DNA from: a bacterium
Lineage (GTDB): Bacteria; UBA8248
Length of the DNA stretch: 64,000 bases
Reading direction: 5' to 3'
Assembly (NCBI GenBank): GCA_965261085.1
Contig: OZ253442.1
Coordinates: forward strand, 2,112,001-2,176,000
The translations under genes were made by a program, and so were the position numbers. Shown one piece after another: positions 54,801 through 64,000 of the stretch. The notes below the pieces were generated by a model. It made no database searches. It saw nothing but the letters and a program-made list of their open reading frames with translations, and had not been told where the DNA came from. Positions within the stretch are counted from its first letter, which is position 1, and each line of letters opens with the position of its first letter.

Positions 54801-55634
54801 CTACACACCACCCATGAGTGATTCCATGGCTCGGGTAATTCTCGCGAATTCGTAAGCGTCCAGGGTTTCCGCGCGCCGGTCGGGGTCGATGTCTGCTCTT
54901 TCAAGAAGGTTTCGCAAAGCCTCCGGGTTTGAGAAGAGTTTTTTCGTATCATTTAACTCATATAGATTCAATGATTTGAGATTGTTGAACAGGGTTTTCC
55001 TGCGGTGCGCGAAACCTGCCTGGATGATCCGGAAATAGAGTTTCTCATCTCCTACATCTACCCGGGGCTTCTCTCTCGCCTCTAGTCGTATGATCGCGGA
55101 GTCGACTTTTGGTGGTGGCCGAAAAGCGCCTGGGGGCACCACTAGGCATAGCTTCGCCTTATAGCGATGCCCTACCCAGAGAGTGAGTGAACCATAGTCC
55201 TTCCCGCCTGGTGCAGCGCAAAGCCTCTCACCCACTTCACGTTGCACCATCAATACCATGAGAGGAAATCGTTCAATCTTTTCAGTGAGTTGTGAGATTA
55301 TGGCCGAAGCGACCTGGTAGGGCAAATTCGCCACCAGTTTCATCTTTTTGGGGAGGGTGGCGTAGTCGATTTCGAGCGCGTCGCCGTGAATCAGATGAAA
55401 TCTCTCGTGCTCATCCTCCATCTTCTTGAGCGCGGGTATGAGCGCCTCGTCTATCTCGATGCCGTGGACGATGGCGCCGGCATCGAGGAGGTGCCGCGTG
55501 AGGGCGCCTTCGCCCACGCCGATTTCAAGTACATCTTCTCCGGTCGTAATTCCTGCTAAATCAATGATATGAGAGAGATACCTCTTCTCGTGAAGGAAGT
55601 GTTGACCGAGTTTTTGTCTGGTGCGATGCGCCAT
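54801..55634 (-). CDS. rsmA: 16S rRNA m6,2A1518/1519 dimethyltransferase
   Basis: LGQHFL, VLEIGVGEGALT, EID, VANLPY, MVQREV, FRPPPKVDS, RRKTL. Confidence 0.97.
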   Translation of the reverse strand: MAHRTRQKLGQHFLHEKRYLSHIIDLAGITTGEDVLEIGVGEGALTRHLLDAGAIVHGIEIDEALIPALKKMEDEHERFHLIHGDALEIDYATLPKKMKLVANLPYQVASAIISQLTEKIERFPLMVLMVQREVGERLCAAPGGKDYGSLTLWVGHRYKAKLCLVVPPGAFRPPPKVDSAIIRLEAREKPRVDVGDEKLYFRIIQAGFAHRRKTLFNNLKSLNLYELNDTKKLFSNPEALRNLLERADIDPDRRAETLDAYEFARITRAMESLMGGV

Positions 55635-55722
55635 GGGAAACCGGGTGTCGGGGGAGGATAACTACTTGACTTTGGATGAGTTTTATGAGAATGTTCTTGG
55701 TGTAGCGCGCCTCAGTAATCCC

Positions 55723-55767
55723 TCAGAAATTTATCGAAAAACATCGTGAATTTATCGTATTTTATCG
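55723..55767 (+). promoter_or_regulatory. Conserved 45-bp intergenic motif, copy 2 (rsmA/icd divergent region)
   Basis: TCAGAAATTTATCGAAAAACATCGTGAATTTATCGTATTTTATCG, with three TTTATCG boxes. Confidence 0.7.
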
Positions 55768-56085
55768 AATTGTTCACGTTTACCGACAAGCGTCGCGACA
55801 CCTGAAAATCAACTCCACCCTATCAGAATCCACATCGGAGTTCCAGCCGAATTTCCAGACCTCGGGGAGATGAAAAATCTTCTCCTCCCGGCTGGCGTAG
55901 GAGCGGGGGACGTGATATGGAGAGGGCGGTAAAGTTCGTTTGAATGCGCCATGAACATTTTACCCCAACAATTATTTCCGGGGGCCGTTCGGCGAATTTC
56001 ATGTGAGAACGGAACCTTTATTCCGTTTTGCCCGCATTTTCGGCGACGTATTTTGTCGCGTGACGAAACTTAAGGGGAGCATTGA

Positions 56086-58286
<2,201 letters not shown>

Positions 58287-58328
58287 GCGCGCTGCTGCAC
58301 CGAAGAATAGTTGAGGGATGGACGTGCG

Positions 58329-59171
58329 ATGCGAACGATAGACGCAGGCGAGGTGACGGCCAGGATTCGCGAAATGTCCATCGAGTCGAACTACCATGTC
58401 GACCCCGCCTACGTGCGGAAGATCGAAGAGGCGAAAGCCGGTGAAACCTCCTCTCTCGGCCTCATGGTGCTCGACCAGATCACCGAGAATGCGGCGCTGG
58501 CGTCCGCCGAGCGCGTGCCCTATTGCCAGGACACGGGCGTTTCCATCGTCTTCGCCGAGGTGGGCCAGGACGTCCACGTAGAGGGCGGGCTTCTGGAGGA
58601 CGCCATCAACGAGGGGGTTCGCCAGGGCTATCGGGACGGCTATCTGCGCGGCTCGGTTGTCAACGACCCGCTCCGCCGCGTGAACACCAAGGACAACACG
58701 CCCGCCGTTATCCACTACCGCGTCGTCGAAGGCGACAGGCTGAAACTTTATTTCGCCGCGAAGGGAACGGGCGCTGAAAACATGAGCATGGCGCGTATGC
58801 TCAAGCCCTCAGATGGCCGCGAGGGTGTGATTCAGACGATTGTCGACCATGTTTTCAAATCGGGGGGAAACCCATGCCCCCCCATTCTGTTGGGTATTGG
58901 TCTGGGCGGTTCTATTGAAAAGGCGGCGCTTCAGGCGAAATGGGCATTGTTTCGCGAACTGGGCGCGCCCAACACCGATCCCCTCGTCGCCGAACTCGAA
59001 CGCGATATACTCGAGGCGGTGAACAGGACCGGCGTGGGGCCGATGGGCATGGGCGGGGATACCACCTGCATCGCCGTGCACGTCGAAACCTACGCCTGCC
59101 ACATCGGAGCGCTGCCGATTTGCGTGAACGTGGAGTGTCACGCGCACCGCCACGCCGAGGTGGTTCTCTAA
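58329..59171 (+). CDS. Class I (Fe-S) fumarate hydratase / tartrate dehydratase, alpha subunit
   Basis: CQDTG, NTKDNTPA, KGTGAEN, GNPCPP, GPMGMGG, CHAHRH. Confidence 0.92.
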   Translation: MRTIDAGEVTARIREMSIESNYHVDPAYVRKIEEAKAGETSSLGLMVLDQITENAALASAERVPYCQDTGVSIVFAEVGQDVHVEGGLLEDAINEGVRQGYRDGYLRGSVVNDPLRRVNTKDNTPAVIHYRVVEGDRLKLYFAAKGTGAENMSMARMLKPSDGREGVIQTIVDHVFKSGGNPCPPILLGIGLGGSIEKAALQAKWALFRELGAPNTDPLVAELERDILEAVNRTGVGPMGMGGDTTCIAVHVETYACHIGALPICVNVECHAHRHAEVVL

Positions 59172-59172
59172 A

Positions 59173-59718
59173 ATGCGGACGATTGACCTCCCGCTCGACC
59201 AGAAGGTGGTGGAATCCCTCTCGATGGGCGACATATGCGAGTTGAGCGGCGTCCTCTATACGGCGCGGGATGCGGCCCACAAACGGATGCTCGAAGAGGC
59301 CGCGCGCGGAGAAGCCCTGCCCATCGAAGTGGCGGGCCAGGTGCTCTTCTATGTCGGGCCGACGCCGCCCAAGCCGGGGGCCATCATCGGCTCGGCGGGA
59401 CCCACGACGAGCGGCCGCATGGACGCCTACACGCCCAGGATGCTGGAACTCGGCCTCACCGGAATGATAGGCAAGGGGGGCAGGAGCCCGGCGGTGGTGG
59501 AGGCCATCGCCCGGCATCGCGCCGTCTATTTCGCCGCCATCGGCGGAACGGCCGCCCTGCTGGCGAAACGCGTCAAAGAAGTCGAGTTGATCGCTTACGA
59601 AGATTTGGGGACCGAGGCGATTCGCAGGCTCGTGGTCGAGAAATTTCCGGTCGTGGTCGCCGTGGACAGCCGGGGGCGGGATATTTTCGCGGAAGGTTTC
59701 AAGAAGTTTGCAAAGTGA
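59173..59718 (+). CDS. Class I fumarate hydratase / tartrate dehydratase, beta subunit
   Basis: YTARDAAHKR, YVGP, GPTTSGRMD, IGKG, DLGTEAI. Confidence 0.93.
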   Translation: MRTIDLPLDQKVVESLSMGDICELSGVLYTARDAAHKRMLEEAARGEALPIEVAGQVLFYVGPTPPKPGAIIGSAGPTTSGRMDAYTPRMLELGLTGMIGKGGRSPAVVEAIARHRAVYFAAIGGTAALLAKRVKEVELIAYEDLGTEAIRRLVVEKFPVVVAVDSRGRDIFAEGFKKFAK

Positions 59719-59828
59719 GGCCCGCTCGTGCGTTTCTGTCTTGGTGTTCATGGCGCGATTTTTAGGGAATTATGTATGTGATTTGACGTTGCTATTTCGG
59801 GTTCCGGATGCGAAAGGGAATAATGTAA

Positions 59829-60057
59829 TCACTCCCCCCTTGAGGGGGAGTCGGCAAGGTAAGGGCGAAGCCCGCAACCGCGCCGGTGGGGGGTGAATTC
59901 CGACTGAAGAAGGAGGAATTCTCCTGACCGAAGAGGGGGTGTTGCGAACGAGGAAAACATCGGCCCCAATTCCTCGCTCCTCGCTCAGCATTGTCCCCCC
60001 ACCGCATTAGCCTTCGCAAGGCTCGGCTTCTGCGACTCCCCCTCAAGGGGGGAGTGA
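59829..60057. repeat. MITE/REP-like element (229 bp) with perfect 25-bp terminal inverted repeats
   Basis: TCACTCCCCCCTTGAGGGGGAGTCG (59829-59853) and CGACTCCCCCTCAAGGGGGGAGTGA (60033-60057), each self-palindromic. Inner inverted pair CGGTGGGGGG / CCCCCCACCG. Confidence 0.85.
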
Positions 60058-60230
60058 GAAAAACCCGAGCAGGGGAGAGTGGTTTTGGAGAAGGAATTAT
60101 GAATTTAACTGGTCGCAGCTTTGTGAATTGACCGGCAAAAAAGGTTTGTCAACCGAAGTATTATGATTCTTTTTTGTGCTTAAAATTTCAGCGTTAGAAT
60201 GTATTCATCGCATTGATTCTGGAGGGTTGG

Positions 60231-61391
60231 ATGAACATCCACGAGTACCAAGGCAAGGAATTGCTCGCGAAATACGGCGTGGCCGTCCCGAGGGGCGGGG
60301 TCGCCGAGACGACGGACGCGGCCGAGCGCATCGCTGCGGATCTGGGCGGCGCGGTGGTCGTCAAGGCGCAGATTCACGCCGGCGGGCGCGGCAAGGGCGG
60401 CGGCGTCAAGCTGGCCGGGACGCCTGCGGAGGCGAAAGAAGCGGCCTCGGAGATTCTCGGCATGACGCTGGTGACGCACCAGACGGGGCCGGAAGGTCGT
60501 CTGGTCAAGAAGGTATGGGTGGAGGAGGCGAGCGACATCGAGCGCGAACTCTATCTCGGCATCGTGCTCGACCGCGCCACGGGCCGCCCCACTATCATGG
60601 CCAGCACCGAGGGCGGTATGGACATCGAGGAGGTGGCCGCGAAAACGCCCGAAAAACTCCTGAAGGTTCCCGTCGACCCGGCGCTGTCCGTTTGGCCCTC
60701 GACCGCGCGGCGCGTCGTTTATGGTCTGGATTTACCCGCCGGCCTCGTTCGCGAGGGGGTCAAATTCGTCACGAATCTCTACCGGTTTTATGACGAAATG
60801 GACGCTTCCCTCCTCGAGATCAACCCCCTGGTGCAGACGAAGGACGGCCGCATCCTCGCGCTCGACGCCAAGGTGAACTTCGACGACAACGCGCTCTACC
60901 GCCACGAGGAGGTGGCCGCGATGCGCGATGAAGACGAGGAGGACCCGCTCGAGGTCGAGGCCTCGAAATTCAACCTCAACTACATCAAGCTCGACGGCTC
61001 GGTCGCCTGCATGGTGAATGGTGCGGGCCTCGCCATGGCGACGATGGACATCATCAAACTCGCCGGGGCGTCCCCCGCGAACTTCCTCGACGTGGGCGGC
61101 GGCGCGAGCAAGGAGATGGTGGAGAACGCCTTTCGCATCCTCATGGACGATCCGGACGTGAAGGCCGTTTTCATCAACATCTTCGGCGGCATTCTGCGCT
61201 GCGACGTTCTCGCCGAAGGCGTCGTGGAGGCCGTCAAGACCGTGAACGTGAACGTGCCCATCATCATCCGCATGGAGGGGACGAACGTGGAGAAGGGCCG
61301 CGAGATCCTCGAAGGCTCGGGTCTCGATTTCACCGTGGGCAATACCATGGCCGATTCCGCCGAGAAGGTGGTCGCGGCCCTTAAGCGCTAG
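60231..61391 (+). CDS. sucC: Succinyl-CoA synthetase beta subunit
   Basis: [58 protein letters not shown]. Confidence 0.98.
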   Translation: MNIHEYQGKELLAKYGVAVPRGGVAETTDAAERIAADLGGAVVVKAQIHAGGRGKGGGVKLAGTPAEAKEAASEILGMTLVTHQTGPEGRLVKKVWVEEASDIERELYLGIVLDRATGRPTIMASTEGGMDIEEVAAKTPEKLLKVPVDPALSVWPSTARRVVYGLDLPAGLVREGVKFVTNLYRFYDEMDASLLEINPLVQTKDGRILALDAKVNFDDNALYRHEEVAAMRDEDEEDPLEVEASKFNLNYIKLDGSVACMVNGAGLAMATMDIIKLAGASPANFLDVGGGASKEMVENAFRILMDDPDVKAVFINIFGGILRCDVLAEGVVEAVKTVNVNVPIIIRMEGTNVEKGREILEGSGLDFTVGNTMADSAEKVVAALKR

Positions 61392-61402
61392 GGGGTCTGG
61401 TT

Positions 61403-62299
61403 TTGAGTATTCTGATCGACAAGGAGACGCGCATCCTCGTGCAGGGCATCACCGGGCGCGAGGGAGGCTTTCATGCCGCGCAGTGTCAAAAATACAGCCG
61501 TGAGTTCGCGGGCGGCGGCGGCGCGGTGGTGGCCGGCGTGACGCCCGGCAAGGGCGGGCAGGAGGCGGACGGCGCGCCCGTGTTCAACACGGTCGCCGAA
61601 GCGGTGCAAGAGACGGGCGCAAACGCCTCGCTCATCTTCGTGCCGCCCCCCTTCGCGGCGGACGCCGTCGTGGAGGCCGTGGACGCAGGGTTACCCCTCG
61701 TGGTGTGCATCACCGAGGGCATTCCGGTGCGCGACATGGTGTACGTCAAGCGCCACATGGAAGAGGGCGAAGCCGTGCTCATCGGCCCCAACTGCCCGGG
61801 CGTCATCACGCCCGGCGGCTGCAAGATGGGCATCATGCCGGGCCACATTCACAAGGAAGGCACCATCGGCGTCATCTCGAAGAGCGGCACGCTCACCTAT
61901 GAGGTCGTCGCCCAGCTCACCGAACAGGGTCTGGGCCAGACGACTTGCGTGGGCATCGGCGGCGACCCCGTCATCGGCACGATGTACATCGATCTTCTGC
62001 GCATGTTCGAGGACGACCCGAAGACCGAGGCCATCATCATGATCGGCGAGATCGGCGGCTCCGCCGAGCAGGACGCGGCGCGCTGGGCGAAGGAGAACGT
62101 CACGAAACCGCTCGTGGGCTTCATCGCGGGCCAGACGGCTCCTCCGGGCCGGCGCATGGGCCACGCGGGCGCGATCATCTCCGGCGGGGAGGGCACCGCG
62201 GCCGAGAAGATGCGGGTCATGGACGAATGCGGCATTCACGTCACCGAAAGCCCGGCCGAGATGGGCCTCACCATGGCCAAGGCGCTGGGCAGGGCATAA
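61403..62299 (+). CDS. sucD: Succinyl-CoA synthetase alpha subunit
   Basis: [46 protein letters not shown]. Confidence 0.98.
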   Translation: MSILIDKETRILVQGITGREGGFHAAQCQKYSREFAGGGGAVVAGVTPGKGGQEADGAPVFNTVAEAVQETGANASLIFVPPPFAADAVVEAVDAGLPLVVCITEGIPVRDMVYVKRHMEEGEAVLIGPNCPGVITPGGCKMGIMPGHIHKEGTIGVISKSGTLTYEVVAQLTEQGLGQTTCVGIGGDPVIGTMYIDLLRMFEDDPKTEAIIMIGEIGGSAEQDAARWAKENVTKPLVGFIAGQTAPPGRRMGHAGAIISGGEGTAAEKMRVMDECGIHVTESPAEMGLTMAKALGRA

Positions 62300-62326
62300 C
62301 GCCACACACGGAAAGGGAAACAGCAC

Positions 62327-62749
62327 ATGGAACGCACGTTCGCGATGATTAAACCCGACGCCACCGAGCGCGGCCTTAGCGGCAGGATTCTCTCGCGCAT
62401 CGAGGAGGAGGGTTTTCAGGTTCTGGGCATGAGGCTCGTCCACATGTCGAAAGCGCAGGCCGAGGGTTTTTACGCCGTTCACAGGGAGCGCCCCTTCTTC
62501 GGCGATCTCACGACGTTCATGTCCTCAGGCCGCACGGTGGTGCTGGCTCTCGAGCGCGAGGACGCCATCAGGCGCTGGCGCGACGTAATGGGCGCCACGA
62601 ACCCCGCGGAGGCTGATTCGGGAACGATTCGCGCGGAATTGGGCGAGAGCATCGAGCGCAACTCCACGCACGGCTCCGACGCGCCCGATACCGCCGCTTT
62701 CGAGTTGGGTTTCTGGTTCCCGGGAGTGGAACTGCCCGCGGCGCAATAA
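62327..62749 (+). CDS. ndk: Nucleoside diphosphate kinase
   Basis: [32 protein letters not shown]. Confidence 0.98.
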   Translation: MERTFAMIKPDATERGLSGRILSRIEEEGFQVLGMRLVHMSKAQAEGFYAVHRERPFFGDLTTFMSSGRTVVLALEREDAIRRWRDVMGATNPAEADSGTIRAELGESIERNSTHGSDAPDTAAFELGFWFPGVELPAAQ

Positions 62750-62793
62750 TACATTCATCCACTCGGACTCGAATCAACGGGAGAAGCCTGAAA

Positions 62794-63567
62794 ATGCGTT
62801 TGAAGGATAAAGTCGCCATCATCACCGGGGCGGGGCAGGGTATCGGAAAAGTCATCGCCCTGACGTTTGCGCGCGAGGGGGCCAAGGTCGTGCTCGCCGC
62901 GCGCACGCTCGCGAATCTGGAGGACACCGCCGCCGGGATGCCCGACGGCGCCTCCCTCGTCGTGCCCACCGACCTCACGGATGAGGCCGCGGTTCAGGCC
63001 CTCGTGGAGAAGACGCTCGCCGAGTTCGGCACCATCGACATTCTCGTGAACAACTCCGGCATCGCAGGCCCCACGCAGGCGTGCGAGGACGTGACGCGCG
63101 AGGAGTGGGAGGAGTGCTTCGGCGTCAACGTCACGGGCACCTTCCTGATGAGCAAGCACGTCATCCCCACGATGAAGAAAAACAAATACGGGCGCATCCT
63201 CAACATCAGTTCGATGAGCGGCAAGCGGCCCCTGCCGAACCGCACGCCCTACACGGCTTCGAAGATGGCGGTCATCGGCTTGACGCGCACCCTCGCGTTC
63301 GAGCTCGGCGAATACGGCGTCACGGTGAACGCGATTTGCCCCGGGGCCACCTCGGGTCCCAGGATCGACAGCGTCATCGATAACATGTCGCAGAGTTTCG
63401 GCACGACCTTCGAGGAGGCGAAGCAGACCTTCACCGCGCCGGCGGCGCTGAAGACGCTCGTCGACGCGGAGGATCACGCCGCCTTGTGCGTTTTTCTGGC
63501 CTCTGAGGAGGCCGCTCACATGACCGCCCAGGACATCAACGTGACGGGCGGGCTCATCTGGTACTAG
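62794..63567 (+). CDS. Short-chain dehydrogenase/reductase
   Basis: [26 protein letters not shown]. Confidence 0.95.
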   Translation: MRLKDKVAIITGAGQGIGKVIALTFAREGAKVVLAARTLANLEDTAAGMPDGASLVVPTDLTDEAAVQALVEKTLAEFGTIDILVNNSGIAGPTQACEDVTREEWEECFGVNVTGTFLMSKHVIPTMKKNKYGRILNISSMSGKRPLPNRTPYTASKMAVIGLTRTLAFELGEYGVTVNAICPGATSGPRIDSVIDNMSQSFGTTFEEAKQTFTAPAALKTLVDAEDHAALCVFLASEEAAHMTAQDINVTGGLIWY

Positions 63568-63632
63568 CCCGCTCATCGTCTCGCTCTTTGCGAGGCCCCG
63601 CCCCCGCGCGGCGGCGCGCGCCGGGAGAGTTC

Positions 63633-64000
63633 ATGTCGTCCCTGAACGGAAGAACACGGCGAGAGAGGAAAATCCGCGTCCGGGGTGCGCGCGAGCATAA
63701 CCTCAAGGATTTAAGCCTCGACATCCCGCGCGACAAGCTCATCGTCATCACGGGCCTGAGCGGCTCGGGCAAGAGTTCCCTCGCTTTCGACACCCTCTAC
63801 GGCGAGGGACAGCGCCGCTACATCGAATCCCTCTCCGCCTACGCGCGCCAGTTCATCGACCAGATCGGCAAGCCCGACGTCGATTCCATCGAGGGCCTCT
63901 CGCCCACCATCGCCATCGAACAGAAAACGGTGAGCAAGAACCCGCGCTCCACCGTCGGCACGGTGACGGAGATCTACGACCATCTGCGGCTGCTCTACGC
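63633..64000 (+). CDS. uvrA: Excinuclease ABC subunit A, 5' part (runs off the window)
   Basis: Own translation: [63 protein letters not shown]. Not in the ORF track because no stop falls in the window. Confidence 0.97.
   Translation, partial: MSSLNGRTRRERKIRVRGAREHNLKDLSLDIPRDKLIVITGLSGSGKSSLAFDTLYGEGQRRYIESLSAYARQFIDQIGKPDVDSIEGLSPTIAIEQKTVSKNPRSTVGTVTEIYDHLRLLY

Overview
GC-rich bacterial chromosomal window. It holds housekeeping blocks (aroF, rodZ, mfd, two parvulin/SurA PPIases, pyrR-pyrB-pyrC-carA-carB, tal, gdh, an ABC exporter, alkA, dgt, degP, lepA-lepB, rsmA, icd-mdh-fumarase-sucCD-ndk, start of uvrA) and accessory catabolic regions. Three genes that the ORF track splits at an in-frame UGA read as selenoproteins. 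One is a UGSC-motif protein (1133-1741) co-oriented with two acyl-CoA dehydrogenases and a conserved unknown protein. The other two are GrdA (CxxU) and GrdB of a glycine/sarcosine/betaine-reductase-like cluster (grdC-grdA-grdE-like-[AT-rich insert]-grdB). That cluster is atypical: GrdB reads UGTGTRS instead of UxxCxxC, the GrdE-like subunit lacks the pyruvoyl-forming Cys, and there is no local grdD or thioredoxin. The UGSC protein aligns without gaps to the GrdB Sec region, which suggests a second, uncharacterised Grd-like selenoenzyme system. Non-coding signals include a Phe/Tyr leader-peptide attenuator before aroF, a PyrR attenuator, a 45-bp motif (41/45 identical) shared upstream of the grd and icd operons, and a palindromic MITE/REP-like repeat family. 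An ankyrin-repeat gene, an AT-rich orphan P-loop ATPase and an ORF6N pseudogene mark an accessory hotspot at 23-27 kb. All calls come from manual motif reading; no database searches were run.
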